From Octopus vulgaris (lineage: Eukaryota): 64,000 bases of DNA. Position 1 is the first letter of the stretch, and every line of letters starts with the position of its first letter. The stretch lies in assembly GCA_951406725.2 (NCBI GenBank), contig OX597828.1, forward strand, positions 45,694,001 through 45,758,000, in the 5' to 3' direction. The notes beneath the pieces were generated by a model. That model did not search any database, was not told the DNA's origin, and saw nothing but the letters and a program-made list of their open reading frames with translations. Of the stretch, positions 28,931 to 43,598 are shown piece by piece. The position numbers and the translations under genes are program-made.

Positions 28931-28932
<2 letters not shown>
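27839..28932 (+). mobile_element. retrozyme-like tandem array: 3 x 358/359-bp units, each with a type-I hammerhead motif, and an inverted 50-bp 5' end, inside (TA)n
   Basis: units start at 27888, 28246 and 28605 and are almost identical; 27839-27888 is the reverse complement of ACCCTGCCCTGTCCCTAGCCATATTCAGATGGCTTTAGTCCCTTATGTTA in the unit. Confidence 0.8.
27939..28012 (+). ncRNA. type-I hammerhead ribozyme motif (U4C core), unit 1; equivalents at 28297-28370 and 28656-28729
   Basis: GAAGCGGAGGCC-UAC-CACACG-CCGAUGA-U-AGG CAAUACAC CUU-GAAA-CCAUGG-UC-CGUGUG-U-GGUUUCCGCUUC. Confidence 0.7.
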
Positions 28933-29012
<80 letters not shown>

Positions 29013-29014
<2 letters not shown>

Positions 29015-29308
29015 AGGCGCTATGGCCTAGTGGTTAGGGCGACTCGCGGTCGTAGGATCGCGGTTTCGATTCCCAGACCGGGCGTTGTGAGTGTTTATTG
29101 AGCCAAAACACCTAAAGCTCCACGAGGCTCCGGCAGGGGGGGGGCGTGGCGATCCCTGCTGTACTCTTTCGCCACAACTTTCTCTCACTCTTTCTTCTGT
29201 TGGCCTGCTCGCTTAGCCAGTGGGGTGGCGTCATTTGAAGGCTAAAACAATGCGAAACGCATTGTGACCAGCGATGTGTAACAACATCTGATAGCCTGGT
29301 CGGTCACG

Positions 29309-29311
<3 letters not shown>
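29013..29311 (+). mobile_element. tRNA-derived SINE family C (OR-type), short-tail variant
   Basis: A box TGGCCTAGTGG, B box GGTTTCGATTCC; head shared with the 31722 copy, different tail. Confidence 0.85.
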
Positions 29312-29350
<39 letters not shown>

Positions 29351-29354
29351 AAAC

Positions 29355-29549
29355 CGTTAGCTCCTACACGCATTTTTTTCTCTCCTTGTTTCTCTCCTTG
29401 TTTCTTTTCTGTGTATTTTTCTGTTGAAGAGCGTAGGCTCGAAACGTAAAAGACTTGTTCTATTTCTATTCCTGGGCGCCATACTAATACATTTGTTTGT
29501 TTGTACTCCACCTGCCTTCGTCTTTTGTTTATTTTCTTAAACCTTCTCG

Positions 29550-29552
<3 letters not shown>
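29355..29552 (+). mobile_element. Penelope-like pLTR-type repeat with minimal HHR motif (CUGUUGA core)
   Basis: TTTT-CTGTTGA-A-GAGC gtag GCTC-GAAA-CG-TA-AAAG at 29417-29452; homolog of 297-495. Confidence 0.6.
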
Positions 29553-29612
<60 letters not shown>

Positions 29613-29700
29613 GTACTGTTCTGTGATGCTAAGTTCCGCGAAAAAAGTACTCCATCTGGTGGGAGATAAATATTATTTAATAGACACAATATGATTTTAC

Positions 29701-30850
<1,150 letters not shown>

Positions 30851-30919
30851 ATGTATCTATTATATATATATATATATATATCCAAACAGACACACACATC
30901 TATAACTATCTATCCATCA

Positions 30920-30974
<55 letters not shown>

Positions 30975-30975
30975 A

Positions 30976-31030
<55 letters not shown>

Positions 31031-31039
31031 GATCGATCG

Positions 31040-31093
<54 letters not shown>

Positions 31094-31127
31094 TTTTCTT
31101 TTTTTTGTTCTTTTCTTCCCTTTTACG

Positions 31128-31265
31128 ATCCCTCTTGATCGAAAACCTACGCCACCCCTTTTTTTCTCTTTTGTTTTTTTTTGTTTTTTTCATCCCCCAA
31201 AAGAAAAGCTCTACCTTGTAACTTGTCCCATTTGTGTGCGGCCCTGTGTGGCCAATAAAGAAACG
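31128..31265 (+). mobile_element. short Tx1/L1-like 3' tail in a (TATC)n array (also 41345-41445)
   Basis: AAAGAAAAGCTCTACCTTGTAA..GCCCTGTGTGGCCAATAAAGAAA resembles the tail at 34155-34230. Confidence 0.6.
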
Positions 31266-31295
31266 TATCTATCTATCTATCTAGCTAGCTAGCTA

Positions 31296-31330
<35 letters not shown>

Positions 31331-31333
31331 CTT

Positions 31334-31392
<59 letters not shown>

Positions 31393-31721
31393 TGATAGAT
31401 TGATGGATAGATAGTTATAGATGTGTGTGTCTGTTTGTATTTGTGTGTGTGTGTGTGTGTGTGCCCTTGTGTTTGTGTTTGTATCCCCATCACCGCATGA
31501 CAACCCGTTAAGGTATGTTTACGTCCCTGAAACCTAGCGGTTCATCAAACGACATCGATAGAATAAGTAAGATGTCTAAGAAAACAAGAATAATGGCGTC
31601 GATTCATTGGACGAAAATTCTTCAAGAAAGTGCTTCAGCATTTTCGGTCTCAGGAGTGAAACAAGAGGAAGACATACGCAGGCTGCGACGGTAATTCCTC
31701 TTGTGGTTAATTCGGCCATAG

Positions 31722-32110
31722 TGGAGGCGCAATGGCTCAGTGGTTAGGGCAGCGGACTCGCGGTCATAGGGTCGCGGTTTCGATTCCCAGACCGGGCGTT
31801 GTGAGTGTTTATTGAGCGAAAACACCTAAAAGCTCCACGAGGCTCCGGCAGGGGATGGTGGTGGTGATCCCTGCTGTACTCTTTCACCACAACTTTCTCT
31901 CACTCTTACTTCCTGTTTCTGTTGTACTTGTATTTCAAAAGGCCGGCCTTGTCACTCTCTGTGTCACGCTGAATATCCCCGAGAACTACGTTAAGGGTAC
32001 ACGTGTCTGTGGAGTGCTCAGCCACTTACACGTTAATTTCACGAGCAGGCTGTTCCGTTGATTCGTATCAACCGGAACCCTCGTCGTCGTAACCGACGGA
32101 GTGCTTCCAT
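31722..32110 (+). mobile_element. full-length tRNA-derived SINE family C (OR-type)
   Basis: GGAGGCGCAATGGCTCAGTGGTTAGGGCAGCGGACTCGCGG..GGTTTCGATTCC head; tail ends CGACGGAGTGCTTCCA. Confidence 0.9.
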
Positions 32111-32229
32111 CCCATCCAATTCGGCCATCGACGGGGTGTTATTAAAGCTAAAATGGTGGAAAATGTGCCATCCTCAAGTTTTACTGTTTGTAGTTTTAGT
32201 TACCACCAATTTTTGTCCAATCTACAAAA

Positions 32230-33025
32230 GCTGCTGAGTATCTAAGTAATGATACTGCCCAAGTATTTAAAGCCTTCACTAGATTCGGACTATTTAGCTT
32301 TGACTTCATTAAGTTCCGCACCCTTCTGATGTACTCCTCAATTTTCGTTTTCAGTTCTATAGTTAGTACTCTGTTATATTCTAATACTCCTCCTTATAAC
32401 TCTTTCCTCCTTTTAATGATTTTAATGTCTGGCCATCTGGTAATTGGATGCCTTCGCTGTTGACTACTTGTCCCTTTCTCATGACTAATATTGCACACTT
32501 ATCTACGCCAAATTTCATGATTATATATTTGCTGAAGAGTCTTACGGTCTGTATTAAGGAATCTATCTCTTTTTCATTCATATTAAAAAGCTTCAGATCA
32601 TCTATAAAGAGCAAATGGTTAATTTATCCCTTACTATTTCTGAACTGATACCCTGCCCTTGCCTTCCTTAATACTAAACTGAGTGGGATCAAACATAAGA
32701 CAAATATTAAAGGGGACAACGAGTCCCTCTGGAAAATTCCTCTTTAGATATTAACTTTTCCAAAGAGTGTGTCTCCTGAGAATAAATCTACTTTCCATTT
32801 CTTCATGCTAAAGCTTATTAATTCTCTGATGTTATTTACTATACTGAACATACTTAAGCATTCCCTTATCCATGAATGTAGGATCATGTCATAGACTTTC
32901 CTATAATCTATCCATGCTATTGTTAGATTTTTATTTCTAGCTTTTACTTCATTTAGAACTGCTTTGTCTATAGTTAATGGATCGTGCGTTCCTCTAGCTT
33001 TCTTTCTGCAGCCTTGCTGTTTTCT
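32230..33025 (-). mobile_element. R4/Dong-like non-LTR reverse transcriptase relic
   Basis: QQGCRKKARGTHDPLTIDK..AWIDYRKVYDMILHSW..RGIFQRDSLSPL..HLLFIDDLKLF..FGVDKCAIL; internal stops. Confidence 0.9.
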
Positions 33026-33141
33026 GGTGGTAAATTCTAGTTCTCAAGGTGCTCGTAAATGCTTTCTGAAAGTATTCTTGTTAACAGTTTCCACATTATT
33101 ATCGTCGTCGTCGTCGTCGTCGTTGTTGTTGTTGTTGTTGA

Positions 33142-34230
33142 AGCTTTTCCTAGATGGTGAACAGGTGTGGTCGTCTTTTGTCAGACGCGACTTCCCGCAG
33201 CTCGTCTCTTTGACAGAGCTGCAGTCTTGGATCAAAAGCAGACCGAGAAAGGGCGCTTGGCACCTCGAGTACCGTCAAGCTCTCTCCGCTTTCCACCAGG
33301 CGGGCAATGCGATCGGTAGTAGTTCCACTCTTGCGTTATATAGAGGGTTAGTGTATGAAAGTGCGACAACGTTCTCGGGGAAACTCTAGGCGTTGACGGT
33401 AACGAGCTAAACAATCTGTTCGGAAGAACTTTCGGGCCGGGGCCAATGGATAATTTCCAAAGGTTCCTCGCCTGGAAGTGCAACCGAGGAGCTATGCCTG
33501 TTCGGGATAAATTCTACCGGCACGGAAGTGCCGTCAGCCGGGCCTGCTCGAGGTGCGTCCAGGACGACGAAACCGTTCTGCACGCACTCGTCCAGTGCCC
33601 GAGTATTGCTGACCTGTGGGTTTATGTTGAACAGCAACTGTCGCGTATAGGATGGATCCGGCTATCAGCTGAATCCATAGTGAAGATTGCCTCGCCGACC
33701 TCCTTTAACCGGGAGGGCAAAGCAGTTTTCCTTTGCCTAGTGGCTGTAGCGAAAGAGGTGATATGGTGGACCCGTTTGAAAGGGCTAAGGTCAGACACTT
33801 TCCTCTTTGGCTAAGGCCTCATCAACTTTTTCAAGTTTAACTTGAAAAGGAAGATGAGAATAGAGAGGGAAGTGCTGTCTCGCAGAAAATTCATTGAAAG
33901 GTGGGTGAATGTCGCAAGAATGGCCAGTATGAATGGACCAATTCTGAGGGTACACCTGTAAAAAAAAAAAAGGTATTACAAAAGGAGAAAGGAGCTCTCT
34001 ACCCCACTTTTGACCAGGCTCCCGTGGGTTTTATGGTTTTTTCCACGAGTAACCTTTCGAAGCGCCTCTCCCTATTGAGAGTTTTAATTGTTACATATTT
34101 TCGTTATTTCACATTTTTACACGGACTTTTTTTTCAAACGGACAAAACCCTTTTGTAACTTTCGTCTTGTATTTTGGCCCTACATGTTTTAATTGATTTT
34201 TGTTAGCCCTTGTGGCCAATAAACGAATTA
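33142..34230 (+). mobile_element. Tx1/L1-clade LINE 3' portion (zf-RVT zinc knuckle plus 3' UTR)
   Basis: FLAWKCNRGAMPVRDK..ACSRCVQDDETVLHALVQCPSIADLW; ends GCCCTTGTGGCCAATAAA then (ATC/ATT)n. Confidence 0.85.
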
Positions 34231-34252
34231 ATTATCATCATCGTCATCATCA

Positions 34253-34318
<66 letters not shown>

Positions 34319-34508
34319 TATGTTTGACTTTTGCTTTATGTCTGTACAAGTTGGCTCCAAGTCTCACCCAGAGACCTCAAGAGACAACAGGTTGGAAGTT
34401 CTGTGCCATATATTTGTTTTTTTTTTTTTTTTTTTTTTGGTGTTGTACTAGTGAATGTCTAATACATAAAAAAAGTTTGTTTTAAACCTTGGGATTACAT
34501 AGAGAGTA

Positions 34509-34598
<90 letters not shown>

Positions 34599-35029
34599 CA
34601 TCCTTATTATTATTATGCAGTGCAGCGGTTGAACGCTCTTTGATCTGCAAATAATTCTCAGCCTTGTTGAATGTCCCATCGACAAAACAATACCAGGCCT
34701 TGTGAAAAAAATCGCAGTCCTCTTACAGTGAATTATTAATTTGGTGTCAGACAGTTGAAGAGAAATCCGAAGCAGCCATTCCTTACGTTGCGTGTGTCAG
34801 TTCAATGAATGAATCGAATAGATTCGTTGTTTGTAATCAAATTTTTACAGGCGACAAATTCGTAGGGTTTTCAGAGCGTTAGATAGAATTTCTTACTTCA
34901 TTTGTTCCCACTTAGCTCAAACCCTATGGGCGTTAGTGATTGTCCTTCATTCTATCGACCAGTTACACAAGATTTCCAGTTTATTCTGCTATATATATGT
35001 ACGCATGCGTGCTTATATACATCTATATA

Positions 35030-35451
35030 GAGTTAATCCAAACATGAAAACACAAAGAGAAAACACAACAACGCGGGGACTGGAACAAGTATAGTGTTAT
35101 TGGACACTCAGGAAAGGAAAGAATAAAAGAGGATTTCACGTTTCGAGCGGAGCACTTCGTCAGAAACATAGGAAAAGGGAAGATCCAAGGAAGGGAAGAC
35201 GGAGGGGAAAAAATCGCCAACGGTACACACGCGGTCACACATATATATATGTGACCGCGTGTGTATCGTTTGCGATTTTTTTCCTCTATTTTCCCCTCCT
35301 TGGATCTTTCCTTTACCTGTTTCTGACGAAGAGCTCCGCTCGAAACGTTAAATCCTCCTTCTATCTCTCCTTTCCTGAGCGTCCAATAACACTATCCTTG
35401 TTCCACGTCCTCGCGTTGTTGTGTTTTCTCTTTGTGTTTTCATGCTTGGAT

Positions 35452-35457
<6 letters not shown>
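35030..35457. mobile_element. head-to-head inverted pair of Penelope-like pLTR repeats with HHR motifs
   Basis: 35030-35240 and 35251-35457 are diverged reverse complements around (AT)5; third copy at 52137-52345. Confidence 0.75.
35319..35353 (+). ncRNA. minimal type-I hammerhead motif, canonical core
   Basis: GUUU-CUGACGA-A-GAGC ucc GCUC-GAAA-CG-UU-AAAU. Confidence 0.65.
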
Positions 35458-35491
<34 letters not shown>

Positions 35492-36181
35492 GACTGAAGA
35501 CTGAACACACATCACCATATACACACACACACACACAATTCATTTCACACAAGGACACATATGAAGACACACGTCCATGCATATGGAGATACACATCCAT
35601 ACATACAGATACAGTACATGGTCACAAAAACCCATACACGCAGACATGCTCACACAAGCAGACAGAGTTACACACACATCCAAACACACACATAAAAGCA
35701 CACAAACACGACCTCACAAACACATGAATATGCAGAATACATACGTGTAAACATACACACATACATATATATATATACGCACATACACATACATACATGC
35801 ATACATACACATCCGTACATGCATATATACATACATACATGCATACATACATGCGTGCATATATACATACACACATACATACATACATGTGTATGCGAAC
35901 ACACACTGACGCCCACGCATGCGCACAAACAAACAAAAGGAACGCAGCTTGAGTAACGGACAGAGTTAACGTCATTTGAAAAGGTTGCAAGACGCAACGA
36001 AAATCTTAGAAAAATAAATAAATGTGTGGAAATTTTACCGGTGAGTGTATTAAATAATAAGGTCTTGAAAGAGAATGACTCTTCCCCGACACAACAGAAC
36101 TGGGGTTGATGTCATCGACTTAACCCCCTCCCCAGAAATTGCTGGCCTTGTGCCAAATATTTAAAACTAATATTACCAGTA

Positions 36182-36343
36182 GGCGCAGGAGTGGCTGTGT
36201 GGTAAGTAGCTTGCTAACCAACCACATGGTTCCGGGTTCAGTCCCACTGTGTGGCATCTTGGGCAAGTGTCTTCTGCTATAGCCTCGGGCTGACCAAAGC
36301 CTTGTGAGTGGATTTGGTAGACGGAAACTGAAAGAAGCTTGTC

Positions 36344-36415
<72 letters not shown>

Positions 36416-36632
36416 ATGTTTGTGTACGTGTTTGTCCCCCTAGCATTGCTTGACAACCGATGCTGGTGTGTTTACGTCCCCGTCACGTAGCGGTTCGGCA
36501 AAATGAGACCGATAGAATAAGTACTGGGCTTACAAAAAGAATAAGTCCCGGGGTCGATTTGGTCGACTAAAGGCGGTGCTCCAGCTTGGCCGCAGTCAAA
36601 TGACTGAAACAAGTAAAAGAGAGTAAAAAGAG
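36182..36632 (+). mobile_element. full-length SINE family A
   Basis: family head and tail. Confidence 0.9.
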
Positions 36633-36769
36633 AGAGTAGATATACGTTTGCGTTGGAAATCTCCAAAGGCATATGAATGCGTGCCGCGGGACATGCAGAG
36701 GAGAGTTTAGCAGGAGACCGGGATTAAAATGCAACTTCTGGTTGCTTTTAAGTCTCTATACAAATATCA

Positions 36770-37280
36770 AGATATTTGTGCTTAGGTAAATGGTGCCAAA
36801 TCTTTGAACGATAGTGTTGGATTTCGACAGGGGTGCGTATTGTCACTTTTTTTGTTTTCATGATTTTGATGAATTGCATTGACATACGCAGCTGTTGTAG
36901 AAGTGGTGTCACAATCGGTGAGCGTAGGATGGGCTGGCTGATATTTGCTAACGATACAGTGCTACGGGGCTCATCAGAAAGTGATATCCTGCATGCATTG
37001 AATAGAGTCGCTGCTGAGCGCTGCAAAGCAGAGATGAGAATTGGTGTTGCCAAGCCTGAGACATTGGTTCTCGCAAGAAAATTTTCTCATTTCACTCTAC
37101 GAGTTAGTGTCACATCAGTAAGACATATGGAGAAGTTTAAGCTGTATTCAAGCGCTATGGGAAACAGGAAGCTGAATTGGATGCTAGCATTTCAAGTACT
37201 GGTATAGTAATGTGCCAGCTTCAATCTGCAGAAGAGAAGAGGTTGGTTAAAAAGCTGATCTTGTCAGCTTTTTCGGTAGA
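36770..37280 (+). mobile_element. RTE-clade LINE reverse transcriptase relic
   Basis: VGFRQGCVLS, LIFANDTVL (FADD), SSESDILHALNRVAAERCKAEMRIGVAKPETLV..MEKFK. Confidence 0.8.
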
Positions 37281-37354
37281 ATTTCGTTGATATGTCTCTA
37301 GATTACATTATCACATATATATAATATAGTAACATATACTAATGACATGTAAAG

Positions 37355-37845
37355 TATTGGGTTGTCCGGAAAGTTCGTGCCGATTTTTAAAGGAAAGATA
37401 AAGGTCAATAAATACTTGCCATTACATTTTTAATCAACCAAATATGAACCATTTTGTTGCACAATGCATCTCCATCTTTCCTTTAACTTGAAAATACCCT
37501 CTTCCCAGAATTGAGGTGGTTTCATGGCAAATAATTCATCAGGGTCTCTTTTTACGTCATCCAAGGAATTTTTACCATTAAACTTGAATAAGTGGAAATC
37601 CGAAGGAGCAATATCTGGTGAATATGGAGGGTGGGGTAACACATCCCAGCCGAGCTGCAGCAATTTTTGTCTGGTTCCCAAAGCATCAAGTGCCAAAAAT
37701 GAACTTTCTTTTCTTCCATTTTAAAGGGTTACAGAATTAACACAGGTTATAGGAACATTAACCTTCTTCCACGAAAAAATAGCTCAAACTGTGCTCTAAA
37801 TGGAGGTGTAGTCAAATCCTATTTTATGGACTCAACCATGTTCTG
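37355..37845 (-). mobile_element. internally deleted mariner element
   Basis: N-terminal MEEKKVHFWHLMLWE (ATG at 37719) joined to LGWDVLPHPPYSPDIAPSDFHLF..W..GI.KL.ERW; TA plus TIR-like TTGGGTTGTCCGGAAAGTTCGTGCCGATTT at 37355. Confidence 0.9.
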
Positions 37846-38769
37846 GCGTGAGTCCTGATTGGAAGAAGAAGAAGAAGAAGACAACGTCAGAATAATTTAA
37901 ACGAGATAAAAGGGGCAATTCGAGATTTAAATGTTTTTCTTATCTAAAACTACCTTTACCGTGATACGAACCAACAATCTCAAGGTTTGATGAACGAGTA
38001 CCAGAGAGTAACAACATCAAAATAATTTTACAAGAAATAAAAAGCAAGAACTGAGATTTAAATATGTGTTTTTTTTTTACATGATATCTAACTCTGATTT
38101 TAACGTGACACGAACCCACAATCTCTAGGCTTGGCGAAGGAGTACTTTATCTACTCGGTCATCAATACGGATCCTGCTGCCACAAACGAGAAACAGTTTA
38201 AAAACACATGAAAACGTCCAGCTGGTGTGTGTATTAACATTTAGAGGAAATAACTGGGTGGGAGGTCGAGAGGTCAGCGCTGGTTTCTAACTAACTAAAT
38301 AAATAAATAAATACATAAAGGAATAAATAAATAAAAGCGAACAAAAAACAAACAAAAAAAAAAAAAACAAAAAATGTTTTTCTGTGTCAAATATTCAGTC
38401 GAAGTAAAAATCGAGAATGCTTATGTTACTTCAGATATGAGTCTTACTAATACATACACACACAAACACAAACACGCGCACACACATACACGCACTCTCA
38501 CAGGCACGCACACACACGTATTTTTATATGTATGCCTCTGTATATATATATATATATGTATATATGCATATATTTATGCATATATATGTATATATATATG
38601 TAAGTATATATGTGTAAGTGTACATATATATATATAAACACACATATATATATTTATGTATATATGTGTGTATATGTGTATATATACGTATATATATATA
38701 TATATATACATATATGTGTGTGTGGATGAGTATACATATGACATATGTGTATATATATATACATATATA

Positions 38770-38801
<32 letters not shown>

Positions 38802-39149
38802 CTCATATATATATATATAAACACACACACTTATATATGCACACATATAAACACTCATGTAGCTATACATACATAAATTATATGCATACATATACATATA
38901 TAAATATATGCATACATATGTATACGTGTGTGTGTATAATGTGTATGTGCGTGTGTGTGTGTGTGTGCGCACAAATATATAAACACGCAATGCAGACTCT
39001 TAGATAAAGAGGCAGAATGTTTAAAATTTGAATACACAGATAAACATACAAACACACACGCATACACAAACACACACACAAACGCAAATACACACTGTCA
39101 TACGCAACTAATCTCTCACATACGCACTTACAGATCAAACTTGTATATA

Positions 39150-39810
<661 letters not shown>

Positions 39811-39830
39811 AATATTTATATACATGTACA

Positions 39831-39992
<162 letters not shown>

Positions 39993-40178
39993 TCACACAC
40001 ATAGATATTTACATGCACTTATCTACACAAGCACACTCAAACACATATTCATATATTCATACACGCACTACCATACTCACACGCATACACAACACGCATA
40101 TATGTATATATATATATATATGTGTATACATGTGTGTGCAAGTGTGTGTGTGCGCATACATACATACATACATATATA

Positions 40179-40222
<44 letters not shown>

Positions 40223-40594
40223 GTCTGGTTATAGTAAAATTATTCATGTATGTGTGTGTGCGTATGTGCATGTTCATGTGTACACTCACGCACTTACATA
40301 TATACATATATTTATACACACGTATCTTTATAAATGTGTGTGTGTGTGCCTAGGGTACATGTTTACATATATTCATGCATACATACATACACACATACAT
40401 ATATATGTATATATGTATTTACACACACACAAATATATATATATATATATATACACACAGAGATATATACATATATATAAAACATATATCTATCTATATA
40501 TATATATGCAAACATACGCATATACGTACATGTACATATATATACATACAGAATACATACATATATACATGTATATATATATATATATATACAT

Positions 40595-40664
<70 letters not shown>

Positions 40665-40700
40665 TACATATACATATATTTATATATATATATTTATATA

Positions 40701-40736
<36 letters not shown>

Positions 40737-41197
40737 TGTATGTATGTATGTATGTATGTATGTATACACGTAAGTACGTGTGTGTGCGTATGGGTGTATT
40801 TACGTGTACAGACTGAAAGACCTGCTGGCACACGTAGATAAATATATTTGTATATTTATGTCTTCTAAACGACAAGCATACCGCGGATATTTTAGATCAA
40901 ACTAAAGAAAAGGAAAGAAAGAAAGAAAGAAAAAGGAGAGACAGAAAAGAAGAAACAAACTAACAAACAAACAAAGAACGAGAGAGCGCGAGTGAGGAAG
41001 TGGGGAGTGAGACAGGAGGGGGAAGTTTGTTGGACGCCATTTCTGATCGTCTGCCTTAGTTATTTGCAATATCACGTCCGCGTGATTCGAGTATGACCTC
41101 TTATTTTGAAAGTTGAGCCCTCCTATTAATTCAGAGAAGATTATATCATTTTATATGAACTACATTTAAATGGAACATCAATCTGCTTGCCCGTTTG

Positions 41198-41349
<152 letters not shown>

Positions 41350-41925
41350 CGAAAACCAAACCCCCTTCTTTTACCCCCAAAAGAAAAGCTCTACCTTGTA
41401 ATTTTGTCCTGTCTGTGTGCAGCCCTGTGTGACTAATAAAGAAACATATCAATCTATCTATCTATCTACCTACCTACCTACCTACCTACCTACCTACCTA
41501 CCTACCTACCTACCTACCCATTTACTTACATATCTATCTATTTATCTATCTTTCTATATGTGTATATATATATATATATATAATATACATTTATATGTAC
41601 GCTTGTATATATATGTGTGTATGATTATCTACACATACATACGCACACGCACACATATATAATACATAAACACGTATATAGAACACACGTACCCTCACGC
41701 ATACACACACACATACATATGTGTGTAACGAAGTATATAAACATATGTGTGCAAATGTGTGTGTTTAAGTGTGCAAATGACGGATATTAGTGAAATGAGA
41801 AAAAACATGCATATATATATATATATATATACATACACACATATATACGTACGTACATACATACATACATACATACATACATACATACATACATACATAC
41901 ATACATACATACATACATAATATAT

Positions 41926-41985
<60 letters not shown>

Positions 41986-42092
41986 AATGTAGGATAAAAT
42001 TTTTTTCAAAAAAAATATTCTTTTCCCAAAAAAATTTTATCAATGGCCAGCATATCAAAAAATACCTTTAAAGGTTAAATCTATAAACAATT

Positions 42093-42308
42093 CATAATTA
42101 AGAGCAAACGAAAAAATTTCTAATGCCAGATATGCCGAAAAATTGGACATATTGTCCATTAACCATATAATTTTTTCACAATATGCACGCTACTCGAAAA
42201 AAGGTCGACAGAAATTTCTAAAAACATGTTTTATATGGTTAATGGACAATATGTCCAATTTTTCGGCATATCTGGCATTAGAAATTTTTTCGTTTGCCCT
42301 TAATTATG
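42093..42308. repeat. inverted repeat, 78-bp arms, 60-bp spacer
   Basis: 42093-42170 vs 42231-42308, about one mismatch. Confidence 0.9.
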
Positions 42309-42633
42309 TATATATATATATATATATATATATACTTACACACACACACACACATATACATTATATATGTATATGTAGATAGATATGTGGATACATACAT
42401 ACATACATACTTACATGTCCTTATGTATATATATACACGAACATCTATGAATATAAAGATATGAGTTTCATTTTCTGCCTGTAAATCTTAGTATCGAAGT
42501 ATCTAACCTAGAATCACTTGTATGTATGTATGTATGTAGGTAGGTAGGTAGGTAGGTAGGTATGTATGTAGTTTTACACATTATTTTCTCTTTCATCTAA
42601 TCCCTCAGCCACATTCTTTGTAACTCTCTCTTA

Positions 42634-43037
42634 ACTCTTTACTCTTTTACTTGTTTCAGTCATTTGACTGCGGCCATGCTGGAGCACCGCCTTTAGTCGA
42701 GCAAATCGACCCCAGGGCTTATTCTTTGTAAGCCCAGTACTTATTCTATCAGTCTCTTTTGCCGAACTGCTAAGTGACGGGGACGTAAACACACCAGCAT
42801 CGGTTGTCAAGTGATGTTGGGGGGACAAACACAGACACACAAACAAACACACACACACATACATATATATACATATATACGACAGGCTTCTTTCAGTTTC
42901 CGTCTACCAAATCCACTCACAAGGCATTGGTCGGCCCGGAGCTATAGCAGAAGACACTTGCCCAAGGTGCCACGCAGTGGGACTGAACCCGGAACCATGT
43001 GGTTGGTTAGCAAGCTACCTACCACACAGCCACTCCT
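42634..43037 (-). mobile_element. full-length SINE family A
   Basis: family head and tail. Confidence 0.9.
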
Positions 43038-43526
43038 ATCTCCGTGAATACATAAAGTTATTTGCCTTAAATCTCTGTTATTCCATTATTGCTGCTATTA
43101 CTAAATATATATTAATGGCAACCTAAAATTTATTACCTAAGGATAATTTTCGGGAAAACTACCACGTTTTCCACCTTTTTTACTATTGTAAAAGTACAAT
43201 GAATCTGCCGTGCAAACGAGATATCCTTTGTATGATCGCTCGACCTAAAAGATATAGTTGTAAATCCCTTACAAATCAAACTATGCTGTCTTTAAATTAT
43301 GGCAGTGTACGTTTGGTGATGTAGTCTTTGATGTGGTATGTGTGGAAAATTAATGGACAGGATGATGAAGGCTACGAACCTTTGAATTTAGGGCTTCTGA
43401 TTAGGGTTGATCCATCACTGTAAAACAACAATAACAGCAAGCGCAATAATCTGTTAAAATGGCGAGAAAGAGCCCATGGCAAATTTGCAGTGCCTCCATG
43501 ATGCGAGAGAGAGAGAGAGAGAGGGG

Positions 43527-43598
<72 letters not shown>

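Noticed and set aside
31722-31795. tRNA gene
   Set aside because: A and B boxes are present but there is no acceptor stem, and the sequence continues into a multi-copy SINE body
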